NCBI GenBank assembly: GCA_038244815.1
Contig: JBBRTB010000005.1
Span: 92,936 to 156,935, forward strand
From: Thermoanaerobaculia bacterium
GTDB taxonomy: Bacteria > Acidobacteriota > Thermoanaerobaculia > Gp7-AA8
DNA: 64,000 bases
Reading direction: 5' to 3'
Position numbers and translations under genes: made by a program. The notes under the pieces are model-generated. The model saw nothing but the letters and a program-made list of their open reading frames with translations, searched no databases and had not been told where the DNA came from. Positions 51,687 through 60,385 of the stretch are shown here, piece by piece. How positions within the stretch are numbered: position 1 is the stretch's first letter; each line of letters begins with the position of its first letter.

Positions 51687-53285
51687 ATGCCATTCTCCGC
51701 CTCGATGCAAAACGAGCCCGTGGAACCTGTCCCAATCGCCGAATCCGAACTCGCGGCGGAACCGGAATTACCGGTGTCTCTCAGTCATCTTGCTCATGTT
51801 CTCGTGAAGTACCGGACGGCGATCATTCTGGCGGTAGGGAGTTGCGTGCTGGCGTATCTGATCGTCGCGCTGGCTCTCTACCTCTTTGCTCCGGCCTTCC
51901 GAGTCACGACGCAGGCTTTCCGTCTCGACTTCGCAGGGGCGGGACAGGGTCATTATCCGAACGGGATGGCTTTCAACATCATTGAAGTCATCAACGAGCC
52001 TGTTCTCGCACACGTCTGGCAGGCAAACCATCTGGGCAACTATCTGGCCTTTGGTGATTTCAGCCGGGCGGTGTACGTCCTGGAGTCGAACCGTGAATAC
52101 GAATTGATTGCCTCCGAATACCAGACAAAGCTGGCCGATCCCAAGCTGTCGGCCGTGGACCGGGAGAGGCTGCAGAAGGAGTTTGCCCTCAGGATCGATA
52201 GCGTGGTCAAGAACGAATACGCAGTGTCGTTCAAGCGCTCGGTGGGGATGCGCTCCATTCCCGAGCCGCTGGCGCGCAAGGTGTTGGTGGATATTCTCGC
52301 CGAATGGGCGGACTTTGCGGTCAACCAGCAGCACGTGGTTTCGTATCAGGTGTCGATTCTGTCGCCGGCGATCCTGAGGCCGAGCCCGACGGAACCGAAC
52401 GGAATCGTTGCAACAATCGAGATTCTGAGACAGAAGGCCAACAGCGTCCTGGACAACCTCGCTGCCATGCGAGGCCTGCCTGGAGCGAATCTGGTCCGGA
52501 CGCCGACGGACCCGATCTCGCTGGAAGAGCTTCGCCTTCGTCTCGACGACATCGTCCGCTTTCAGCTCGAGCCGTTGCTGACCGTGGTTCTGAATTCCTC
52601 ACTGGCAGGCGATCGTGCCAGGGAGGCTGCCTTCCTCGAAAACCAACTGGCCCACGATCAGCGTCGTCTCGACGCCACGGAGCACGAAGCCATCGCGGCA
52701 CGAGACGCCATCACCGCCTACGAGCAGCCCGGCGCCGGCCCGGCCGCGGGCGACCGGTCGACGGCGAGATCATCGAACGATCAGGCCAAAGGATCGGATG
52801 CAGTCGTCCCGCAGTTGAACGACACGTTTCTCGATCGTCTGATCACTCTCAGCGGCAGAAGCGCCGATGTTCAGTACAGGCAAAAGCTCGTCGACGAATA
52901 CCGCAAAGCGGTCCAGGCGGCCATCCCTTTCCAGCAGGCCGTCGCGTACGATACGCAGTTGCTCGAGTCCATGCGGAAACCTGCCGGCAATCCGGTACAC
53001 CTCGATGGCCCCGCCGTTCTCGCCCAATTGGATCAGACACGAACCGAAGTAGGGCAGCTGATCGCCAAAACGAATGAGCTTTATCAGACGATCTCGCGCA
53101 ACATGACCGCCTCCACGCAGCTTTTTACGCTGAGTGGGCCACCGACGACGGGGACGTTACGCGCCGTCAGTCTGTCGCAACTCGCGTTGTACGGGTTACT
53201 TGTCTTCCTCCTCTCGATTCCCGTCGTGATCGCCGCATGTCTTGTCCACAACCGCATTCAGGAGGAAGAAGCAGCCGACCACTAA
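51687..53285 (+). CDS. polysaccharide co-polymerase / chain-length determinant (Wzz-like, PCP topology)
   Basis: TM helix near the N-terminus (IILAVGSCVLAYLIVALALYLF), about 430-aa periplasmic region with predicted coiled-coil segments, and a C-terminal TM helix (LALYGLLVFLLSIPVVIAACLV). Confidence 0.65.
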   Translation: MPFSASMQNEPVEPVPIAESELAAEPELPVSLSHLAHVLVKYRTAIILAVGSCVLAYLIVALALYLFAPAFRVTTQAFRLDFAGAGQGHYPNGMAFNIIEVINEPVLAHVWQANHLGNYLAFGDFSRAVYVLESNREYELIASEYQTKLADPKLSAVDRERLQKEFALRIDSVVKNEYAVSFKRSVGMRSIPEPLARKVLVDILAEWADFAVNQQHVVSYQVSILSPAILRPSPTEPNGIVATIEILRQKANSVLDNLAAMRGLPGANLVRTPTDPISLEELRLRLDDIVRFQLEPLLTVVLNSSLAGDRAREAAFLENQLAHDQRRLDATEHEAIAARDAITAYEQPGAGPAAGDRSTARSSNDQAKGSDAVVPQLNDTFLDRLITLSGRSADVQYRQKLVDEYRKAVQAAIPFQQAVAYDTQLLESMRKPAGNPVHLDGPAVLAQLDQTRTEVGQLIAKTNELYQTISRNMTASTQLFTLSGPPTTGTLRAVSLSQLALYGLLVFLLSIPVVIAACLVHNRIQEEEAADH

Positions 53286-53339
53286 CCAGCCTCCTGTCAA
53301 GACGAGCTCCGCGTGATCGCTAGCCTCGTCCCTCCCATA

Positions 53340-53472
53340 GGGGTTGTCCTGCCGTTGATCAATCGCTTAAGCTTACGGGATTTGAAGGGATTGAAAGACG
53401 ACAAGGGTGTGAGCGAAGCAGTTCGTTCGAACGCCAGGAAGCTCTACCAGACGCGTCAGAAATCCTGATCCC
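53340..53472 (+). repeat. 133-bp direct repeat, copy 2
   Basis: Retains an in-frame 51-codon remnant ORF (GTG 53313..53467). It ends immediately before the ATG of the J-domain gene. Confidence 0.9.
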
Positions 53473-54129
53473 ATGAAGGTTAACTACTACGACGTTCTCG
53501 GCGTTGACCGCTCCGCCACGGAGCAGGCCATTCGCGATAAATTCCGCCAGCTGGCGCGGGAGCACCATCCCGATCGCTACAAAGGCCCCGACAAGGCCGA
53601 GGCGGAAAGGAAGTTCCAGACCCTCACCGAGGCCGTGAACATCTTGACGAATCCGGCCCGTCGCAAGCAGCACGATGTCGAGGTGGGCTCGGGCGGGCCG
53701 AAGGCCACCACCGACCTCACCCAGGTGGCCAAGGTCTATCTGGCCAAGGGAACGAAGGCTTTTCAGGAGGGCAACATCCGCGAGGCCTACGAGAACCTCG
53801 ACATGGCGGTGAAGCACAACCCCAACGACTCCAAGGCTCTCTTCGCGCTGGCCCGGGTGGCCTCTCGCAGCCCGGCCTGGTACCGGCAGGCCGTACAGGC
53901 CATCGAGGCGGCCGTGCAGAAGGAACCGATGAACCCGCAATACCTGAAGGAGGCGGGGTTGATCTGCAGGAAGGCCGGTCTGCCGGCGAAGGCCGAGCGC
54001 TACCTCGAAGAAGCCCTGAAATGGGACAAGGACAACTTCGAGATCCAGAGCGCGCTGGCCGAGTTGAGGCAGGGAAAGGGCGAGACGAAGGATTCCGGCA
54101 AGGGTCACGGTCTCTTCCGGAAGAGCTGA
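53473..54129 (+). CDS. J-domain (DnaJ-like) protein with TPR repeats
   Basis: YYDVLGVDRSATEQAIRDKFRQLAREHHPDR (J domain with HPD), followed by TPR-like helices. Confidence 0.8.
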   Translation: MKVNYYDVLGVDRSATEQAIRDKFRQLAREHHPDRYKGPDKAEAERKFQTLTEAVNILTNPARRKQHDVEVGSGGPKATTDLTQVAKVYLAKGTKAFQEGNIREAYENLDMAVKHNPNDSKALFALARVASRSPAWYRQAVQAIEAAVQKEPMNPQYLKEAGLICRKAGLPAKAERYLEEALKWDKDNFEIQSALAELRQGKGETKDSGKGHGLFRKS

Positions 54130-54133
54130 TCGC

Positions 54134-54892
54134 GTGGAAGTGCAAGCACAGGGACTGACTCACGTCGGCCGGCAACGGCAGCACAACGAGGACTCCTTCC
54201 TCGTCGAGAGCGACGCCAGGTTGTTTCTCGTGGCCGACGGCATGGGCGGTCACGCCGCGGGCGAAATCGCGTCGCGCATCGCCGTCGATGCGATCTCCGA
54301 ATTCATTCTGCACACCAAGGAAGACGACGGGACCTGGCCGCACGCGTACGACGAGAATTTCAAACGCTCGACGAACCGGTTGATGGCCGCCGTGCGGATG
54401 GCCAACACCCGCGTCCTCGAAGCCATGCGCAAGGACGCCCGGCTGCGCGGGATGGGCACGACCGTCGTGGCCTGTCTCGCCGACGACGACGTGATGTCCT
54501 TCGCGCACGTCGGAGACTCCCGGGCCTACCTCATCCGCGACAACGCCCTCAACCGCATCACCAACGATCATTCCTGGGTCTTCGAGCAGGTGCAGGCAGG
54601 TATGCTCACCGAGGCGGAGGCGGAGAAGCACCCGCTGCGCAACGTGATCACGCGCGCCCTGGGTGGCGCGCTGCAGGTCACACCGGACGCCTCGGAGATC
54701 AAGACGAAACCCGGCGACGTGTTCCTGCTCTGCTCGGACGGGCTGACTGGCATGGTTCCCGAAGATGAGATCCTGCGAGTGGTGACCGAGAGCCCGTCGC
54801 TCGACGAAGCCTGTCAGAAACTGATCGACACCGCCAACGAGCGCGGCGGCCTCGACAACATTACCGCCATCCTAGTGAAGACCATCTCATGA
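54134..54892 (+). CDS. PP2C-family Ser/Thr protein phosphatase
   Basis: GRQRQHNEDSF...LFLVADGMGGHAAGEIAS...CSDGL motifs. GTG start. Confidence 0.85.
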   Translation: MEVQAQGLTHVGRQRQHNEDSFLVESDARLFLVADGMGGHAAGEIASRIAVDAISEFILHTKEDDGTWPHAYDENFKRSTNRLMAAVRMANTRVLEAMRKDARLRGMGTTVVACLADDDVMSFAHVGDSRAYLIRDNALNRITNDHSWVFEQVQAGMLTEAEAEKHPLRNVITRALGGALQVTPDASEIKTKPGDVFLLCSDGLTGMVPEDEILRVVTESPSLDEACQKLIDTANERGGLDNITAILVKTIS

Positions 54893-55116
54893 ACGTTCGA
54901 ATCGACTATTGCGGCGTCTGAAACTACCTGCCCCGGGCCTCCAGTCTGGCGGCCGAGATCAGGAAGGAGCTGGGAATCGACAGCCAGCTCGTGCGTGGCA
55001 GCGGCGGCATCTTCGTCGTCACGGCCGATGGAAAACAGATCTTCTCCAAGAAAGACCAGGGGCGCTTCCCATCCGAGAAGGAGATCCTCGATCAGTTGAA
55101 GGCGTTGGGCGCGTAG
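54889..55116 (+). CDS. selW: SelW/Rdx-family selenoprotein (75 aa) with in-frame TGA at 54919..54921 read as selenocysteine
   Basis: ATG 54889 overlaps the phosphatase stop (ATGA). Translation: MNVRIDYCGV-U-NYLPRASSLAAEIRKELGIDSQLVRGSGGIFVVTADGKQIFSKKDQGRFPSEKEILDQLKALGA. This carries the CxxU redox motif at residues 8-11, YxxRA after it, and the GSGGxF and GRFP motifs characteristic of the family. A candidate hairpin lies 15 nt after the TGA (ggcctcc agtct ggcggcc, 54936..54954). ORF callers split this gene. Confidence 0.7.
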
Positions 55117-55196
55117 GGCGCCGCGTAGTCGGGCCTGCCGGAGCCGCGCTCGCAGGAACGGCTCTCGGACTGCTGATCGCCCGCGGCCGTCGCGGG

Positions 55197-55202
55197 TAGA
55201 AT
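55197..55202 (+). promoter_or_regulatory. -10-like TAGAAT 8 nt upstream of the TTG at 55211
   Basis: cgcgggtagaat gagaacga ttg. Confidence 0.25.
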
Positions 55203-55210
55203 GAGAACGA

Positions 55211-56845
55211 TTGCATCCTGACCTCGACGAGCTTCGTCCGAAGCTGAAAGAAATCCTCTATGACTGCGCGGTGGACATCCGCGCCACAAAGGCCGCGCTC
55301 TACCTGCTCGACAGCGAGACGAAAAAATTCGAGCTGGCCACCGAATTCGGGTTCCGCTCGGCGGTGCGGCAGTCGGCGAATGCCAACGATCCGATGGTTG
55401 AGAGGTGCTCGCGTGGCCGCTCGCCGTTCTACGTGAACAATCCGGCCACCGACCCGCGTCTGTCCGAGCTGTTGTTCGAGGCGTCGACCGAGCGCATGTT
55501 GGGCGTTCCGCTGTTCTCACGCGGTCAGCTCGTGGGGTTCATCGACATGCGCGACAAAGCGCAGAATCAGCCGTTCGATCAACCCGATCTGGCCAAAGCG
55601 CAGGGCATCGCTGACCGCATCCTGGCGCTCTTCTCGACGAAGAACATCTGGAACCAGCGGTTCATCACCATGTCCGATTCGGAGATGGTTCGCCTGCCTC
55701 AGATTTCCGCGACGCCCGCGGAGTCCGAGGCTCCGTCACCGCGGCCCGGGGTGTCGCTGGCAGAAATGCTCACCGCTTCGCGCACGATCGCGGTGCGTCT
55801 GCGGGATCCGCGACCGCCCGACCCGATCGGATCCTCGGAACTCGCCGCGATCACCGATACGCTTCGGACGATGCTGCTGATGCCGGGAGCAATCGCCGTG
55901 GCGTTTTCAGCGACGGGGAGCGCGGGCGAAATCCAGGAGATCGCCTCGCGTGGAACGATGACCGAGGGCGCCCTCTCGGCCCTGCAGATGAAGCTGCAGA
56001 CCTGGCTCGACAAGCGCGGGGAGTCAGCCGGTCTTCTTCGCACAACCGTGCGCACGCCGCTCGGAGTGACCATGCCGCCGATCGCCGCCGCGCAACTGGA
56101 GAAGGTGTTTTCGGCCGCGGTGAGCGTACCGAATTTCCGCGGGCTGTACGTCACCGTCGCGTTCAGCGGCATGCCGGAGCGCAACACTCACGAGTTGCTG
56201 GGGGCCATGCTCATCCAGTTGCAGGCGAGCATCGAGTCGTCGGCCCTGCGGACCACGCTGCAGGACACACGCATGCGCATCGCCGAGCGTCTCGTCGAGC
56301 CCGAGCACGAGAATTTCCCCGATCTTCGCCGCCACTGCATGAGCGTCCTCGATCTCACCTCCACTTTTGCCAGACAACTCGGTCTCGGCGCTGCGGAGAG
56401 TGAGATCGCGCAACTGACCGCTCTGGTGCACGACTGCGGTATGCGCCTGCTCGATTACGACAGGCTCTACCGTAAGCGCGATTTGAACCATGACGAGCTG
56501 GAGCTGCTCAAAGAGCACGTCACGGTCGGTGCCTCCATCGTCGAGCCGCTCCTGGGACCGGACATCGCCCGGGCCGTCCTCAGTCATCACGAGCGCGTCG
56601 ACGGCGCGGGCTATCCGAACCAGCTTCGCGGGGAGGAGATCCCTCTGGCCTCACGCGTGCTGCAGATCTGCGACGCATACATCACCATCACCGATCCGGC
56701 CACGTATCAGATGCCCGAGACTCCCGACGAAGCCCTGGCGGCGATCCGCCGCGGAGGAGGCGCACAGTTCGACCGCGAGCTGGCCATCCGCTTCGAGGAG
56801 ATGATGCGCGCCGGTGTGCAGTCCACTAAACTCGCTACCCGATGA
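55211..56845 (+). CDS. GAF-domain / HD-GYP-domain signalling protein (putative c-di-GMP phosphodiesterase)
   Basis: N-terminal GAF-like region, then an HD domain (ALVHDCGM...) and the HD-GYP signature (HHERVDGAGYPN). TTG start at 55211; start uncertain. Confidence 0.75.
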   Translation: MHPDLDELRPKLKEILYDCAVDIRATKAALYLLDSETKKFELATEFGFRSAVRQSANANDPMVERCSRGRSPFYVNNPATDPRLSELLFEASTERMLGVPLFSRGQLVGFIDMRDKAQNQPFDQPDLAKAQGIADRILALFSTKNIWNQRFITMSDSEMVRLPQISATPAESEAPSPRPGVSLAEMLTASRTIAVRLRDPRPPDPIGSSELAAITDTLRTMLLMPGAIAVAFSATGSAGEIQEIASRGTMTEGALSALQMKLQTWLDKRGESAGLLRTTVRTPLGVTMPPIAAAQLEKVFSAAVSVPNFRGLYVTVAFSGMPERNTHELLGAMLIQLQASIESSALRTTLQDTRMRIAERLVEPEHENFPDLRRHCMSVLDLTSTFARQLGLGAAESEIAQLTALVHDCGMRLLDYDRLYRKRDLNHDELELLKEHVTVGASIVEPLLGPDIARAVLSHHERVDGAGYPNQLRGEEIPLASRVLQICDAYITITDPATYQMPETPDEALAAIRRGGGAQFDRELAIRFEEMMRAGVQSTKLATR

Positions 56846-57114
56846 AGATCGATCGCGACGAGGCGCGGCGCATCGCCGCACTCGCCCATCTCGAGTTCGA
56901 CGAGGCCGGTCTCGAGCGCATGGCTGTCGAGATGACGAAGATTCTCGGCTACATCGAGATGCTGCCGGATCTCCCGTCCGCACCCTCCCAAGGCGGCTCC
57001 AGCACTCCATTGCGGGAGGATGTCGTGCACCAGTCCGTCGATCGAGACGCCGTGGCGCACAATGCCCCCCGATTCGAGGATGGATTCTTCATCGTGCCGC
57101 CGGTGATCGAGTGA
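56842..57114 (+). CDS. gatC: Asp-tRNA(Asn)/Glu-tRNA(Gln) amidotransferase subunit C
   Basis: MKIDRDEARRIAALAHLEFDEAGLERMAVEMTKILGYIEML, 90 aa. ATGA overlap with the upstream gene. Confidence 0.85.
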   Translation: MKIDRDEARRIAALAHLEFDEAGLERMAVEMTKILGYIEMLPDLPSAPSQGGSSTPLREDVVHQSVDRDAVAHNAPRFEDGFFIVPPVIE

Positions 57115-58514
57115 GCGACGTCCTCGATCTCCCGTTTACGGAGGCGCGCGAGCAGGTGTCGCCGGCCGAGTATCTGGCTGAGTCGCTGCGTGCCATCGAA
57201 CGGCAGAATGCCGCGCTCAACGCGTTTTTGCGTGTCAGCGACTCCCCGCGCGGCGCATTTCCCCTGGCCGTCAAGGACAACATCGTGACCACGGAGATGC
57301 CGACGACCTGCGCATCCCGCATTCTGGAATCGTTCCGGTCGCCGTTCGACGCCACCGTCATTGCCAGGTTGCGCGCGGCCGGCGCAGGCATCGTGGGCAA
57401 GACCAACCTCGACGAGTTCGCCATGGGCTCGTCGACGGAGCACTCTGCGTTCGGTCCGACACGCAATCCGTGGGATACCACCCGCGTGGCCGGCGGCTCC
57501 TCCGGCGGCTCCGCCGCCGCGGTGGCGGCGCGCATGGTCCCGGCGGCCCTCGGATCGGACACGGGCGGCTCGGTGCGACAGCCGGCCGCGCTCTGCGGCG
57601 TCGTCGGCGTCAAGCCGACCTATGGGCGCGTGAGCCGGTACGGCCTCGTGGCGTTCGCCTCGAGCCTCGATCAGATCGGCACATTCACGAAGACGGTGGG
57701 CGAGAGTGCCGAGCTCCTGGGAGTGATCGCCGGCCGCGATCCGTTCGATTCGACCTCGAGCGCGGAGCCGGTCGACGACTACGTCGCCGATCTCGAGCGC
57801 GGAGTGCGCGGCCTGCGCGTCGGCGTGATCTCCGAGGGTCTCGACAAGCTGAGCGCCGAGGTCCGCCGCAACTTCGATGATGCCGCCGGAGTGTTTCGCC
57901 GCGGCGGTGCGGTTGTCGACGACGTCCACGTTCCTTCGATCACGCATTCGATCGCCATCTACTACGTCGTGGCGAACGCCGAGGCCAGTGCGAACCTGGC
58001 CAGGTTCGACGGGATCCGGTACGGAAGACGTGCGGCGGCCGGCGGTCACACCTCGCTTCAGGAGACCTACTTCGCGTCGCGCGGGGAAGGGTTCGGGGCG
58101 GAAGTGAAGCGCAGGATCATGCTCGGCACGTTCGCGCTGTCCTCGGGCTATTACGACGCGTACTACGGACGCGCGCAGCGCGTCCGGCAGAAGCTGCGCG
58201 ACGAGCTCGCCGAGGCATTTCGCACTCACGACGTGCTGCTCACCCCGACCTCACCCGAACCGGCCTTTCGGATCGGCGAGAAGGTCGACGATCCGCTGAC
58301 GATGTACCTCAATGACATCTTCACGGCGCCGGCGAATCTGGCCGGGGTTCCGGCGATGTCGGTTCCGTCCGGGTTCACCGCCGAAGGAATGCCGCTGGGT
58401 TTGCAGATCACCGCTCCGCACTTCGGCGAGCGCGTGATGTTCCGTGCCGGCGCATTCTTCGAGAAGGAAACGGGGTACTGGAAACGCAGGCCTCGGGCCT
58501 CGGACCGGCGATGA
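57111..58514 (+). CDS. gatA: Asp-tRNA(Asn)/Glu-tRNA(Gln) amidotransferase subunit A
   Basis: Amidase signature GGSSGGSAAAVAA...GSDTGGSVRQPAA. GTG start overlapping the gatC stop. Confidence 0.9.
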   Translation: MSDVLDLPFTEAREQVSPAEYLAESLRAIERQNAALNAFLRVSDSPRGAFPLAVKDNIVTTEMPTTCASRILESFRSPFDATVIARLRAAGAGIVGKTNLDEFAMGSSTEHSAFGPTRNPWDTTRVAGGSSGGSAAAVAARMVPAALGSDTGGSVRQPAALCGVVGVKPTYGRVSRYGLVAFASSLDQIGTFTKTVGESAELLGVIAGRDPFDSTSSAEPVDDYVADLERGVRGLRVGVISEGLDKLSAEVRRNFDDAAGVFRRGGAVVDDVHVPSITHSIAIYYVVANAEASANLARFDGIRYGRRAAAGGHTSLQETYFASRGEGFGAEVKRRIMLGTFALSSGYYDAYYGRAQRVRQKLRDELAEAFRTHDVLLTPTSPEPAFRIGEKVDDPLTMYLNDIFTAPANLAGVPAMSVPSGFTAEGMPLGLQITAPHFGERVMFRAGAFFEKETGYWKRRPRASDRR

Positions 58515-58518
58515 GATC

Positions 58519-58559
58519 AGGCCTGAGGCCTGAGGCCTGAGGCCCGGCCGGGCGGGCGG
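58519..58559. repeat. intergenic tandem heptamer (AGGCCTG)x3 followed by a GC-rich ggcccggccgggcgggcgg tract
   Basis: Read directly, downstream of the gatA stop. Confidence 0.8.
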
Positions 58560-58564
58560 ATGCT

Positions 58565-58570
58565 ACAATT
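58565..58570 (+). promoter_or_regulatory. extended -10-like TGcTACAAT 5 nt upstream of the GTG at 58576 (leaderless candidate)
   Basis: ggatgctacaat ttcatc gtg. Confidence 0.3.
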
Positions 58571-58575
58571 TCATC

Positions 58576-60321
58576 GTGCGCAAGTGGTGGGTGTGGGTGC
58601 TCGCATCACTCCTCGCGACGCCCGCCTTCCCCGGTGAGCTCCGCGCGGTTCTCTCCAGCGATTACCAGATCGATGTTTCCGTGCAGCCGCACGACGGCGA
58701 CGCCTGGACGCGTCTGGCCCGGCGTGTCACCGGCGACGCCGCAAACTGGGAAGACCTCGCTGCGTTCAATCAATCCGACGACACGTTGCGGAGCGCCCGG
58801 CCCGTGCGTGTGCCGTTTGCGCTGCTGCGCCCTTCACTGCAGCGCCAGATCATCCAGAACGTTTTCCCGAACGATCATCCAGTCGCCGGCGGATGGCAGC
58901 ACACCGTCGTCGGCGGAAGCGGCATCGAAGGCGAGTCACTCTGGAACATCGCGGAGTGGTTCACCGGCGACGGCGCGAACTACTCGGCGCTGCGCAAGGC
59001 CAACACGGGCCAGGGACTCTCGACGCGAACAGGTGATGTGATCCTCATTCCAAAGGTGATGCTCACCGCCGCATTCGGCGGGGGGGCGGAGGGAGAGAAT
59101 GCACCGAAGACGGCAACAGAGGTTCGGAAATCGAAAGACAGTCAGGCTCAGCGGTCATCAACGGATGAAGATGTACAGGAGGCGGTTGCGCCGTCTTCCG
59201 TGGGATCTCCGTCGCTAACCTATGAGCGCAAAGATCCCGAACCCTACGCCATCTACCGGCTGCAGAAAGGGGAGGCGCTCTACTCCTCGGTAGCCATTCG
59301 CTTCACAGGTCGCGTCTATTCGGCCGACGTCGGCGACGTGCTGCAGCGAATCGTCGAGTTCAATTCCATCGAAGACGTGTCGAAGATGCCCGTCGGTTAT
59401 CCGGTGAAGATTCCGATGGATCTGTTGCTCCCGCAATACCGGCCGGACGACGATCCGGCGCGGCTTGCGGAGGAGGCATCACAGCGCACCAGCGCGAAGC
59501 TGGCCCGCAGAACGCGAGCGAGAAATCTCGCTGCCGTTCACGTGATCCTCGACGCCGGCCACGGAGGCAGCGATCCCGGTGCCATCTATGAGGACGTCGA
59601 GGAGTCTCAGTACGTCTATGACGTGATGTGCCGGCTCAAGACAATTCTCAGGAAGAAAACTGCGGCACGGGTCTCGGTGACGCGCACCGAGCAGGAGGTG
59701 CTGACGAATCCTCCGTACCCGCTGGACGACGCCATCGTCGGCGTCAATCTGCGCTGGTACCTCGCCAACTCCATCTTCCGCCGTGCCATCAAGTCGGGAC
59801 TGGACAAGGAGAAGGTCGTGTTCATCTCCATCCACGCGGACTCGCTCCACCCCTCGCTGCGCGGCGCCATGGCCTACATCCCCGGCGGCCGTTACGTGCA
59901 GGGGAGCTACGAGAAGCGCGGTCCGGTCTACGCGGCACGCGCTGAGGTCCGTGAGCGGCCGGTGGTGCGTCACTCGGAACAGGAGTCGCTGGAGGCCGAG
60001 GGGTTGTCGCGCGATCTGGCCGAGAACGTGATCGGCGCGTTCGACGAGTCCAGGCTGCAGGTGCACGCCTTCAATCCGGTCCGCGACAACGTCGTGCGCG
60101 ACGGGCACGAATGGGTGCCCGCCGTCATTCGCTACAATCTCGTGCCCACCCGGCTGCTCCTGGAAATCTGCAACCTCGGCAATCGCCGCGACCGCGAGTT
60201 GATCAAGACGAAGAAGTACCGTCAGAGAGTGGCAGAAGCGATCTACCGTGGTCTGGTCGAGTTCTATACCGAGAGCGATCAGGGTACGCAAGTGGCGGGG
60301 AAGGCGGTGGGGCGGCCGTAG
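58576..60321 (+). CDS. N-acetylmuramoyl-L-alanine amidase (Amidase_3, AmiC-like) with N-terminal peptidoglycan-binding repeat region
   Basis: Signal peptide, then the Amidase_3 catalytic domain (VILDAGHGGSDPGAIY...E...H). Confidence 0.8.
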   Translation: MRKWWVWVLASLLATPAFPGELRAVLSSDYQIDVSVQPHDGDAWTRLARRVTGDAANWEDLAAFNQSDDTLRSARPVRVPFALLRPSLQRQIIQNVFPNDHPVAGGWQHTVVGGSGIEGESLWNIAEWFTGDGANYSALRKANTGQGLSTRTGDVILIPKVMLTAAFGGGAEGENAPKTATEVRKSKDSQAQRSSTDEDVQEAVAPSSVGSPSLTYERKDPEPYAIYRLQKGEALYSSVAIRFTGRVYSADVGDVLQRIVEFNSIEDVSKMPVGYPVKIPMDLLLPQYRPDDDPARLAEEASQRTSAKLARRTRARNLAAVHVILDAGHGGSDPGAIYEDVEESQYVYDVMCRLKTILRKKTAARVSVTRTEQEVLTNPPYPLDDAIVGVNLRWYLANSIFRRAIKSGLDKEKVVFISIHADSLHPSLRGAMAYIPGGRYVQGSYEKRGPVYAARAEVRERPVVRHSEQESLEAEGLSRDLAENVIGAFDESRLQVHAFNPVRDNVVRDGHEWVPAVIRYNLVPTRLLLEICNLGNRRDRELIKTKKYRQRVAEAIYRGLVEFYTESDQGTQVAGKAVGRP

Positions 60322-60368
60322 GGGGTCGCGACCTGCGACCTCCACGACCCGCGACCTCCCACGCGACA
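60322..60368. repeat. intergenic CGCGACC-type heptamer repeats including the palindrome ggtcgcgacc
   Basis: gggggtcgcgacc tgcgacc tccacgacc cgcgacc tcccacgcgacacc. Confidence 0.8.
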
Positions 60369-60373
60369 CCGGA

Positions 60374-60379
60374 TAGAAT
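60374..60379 (+). promoter_or_regulatory. -10-like TAGAAT 6 nt upstream of the ribH GTG (leaderless candidate)
   Basis: ggatagaat ccgacc gtg. Confidence 0.3.
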
Positions 60380-60385
60380 CCGACC

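Noticed and set aside
54909-55199. 96-aa ORF (MRRLKLPAPGLQSGG...)
   Set aside because: It is out of frame with, and overlapping, the SelW-family reading frame. It has low-complexity Arg/Gly-rich composition. It exists only because the selenocysteine TGA interrupts the true frame.
60322-60385. Possible FMN riboswitch upstream of ribH
   Set aside because: Only 64 nt are available, and most of that is heptamer repeat. That is too short for an RFN element (about 140 nt), and conserved RFN motifs are absent.
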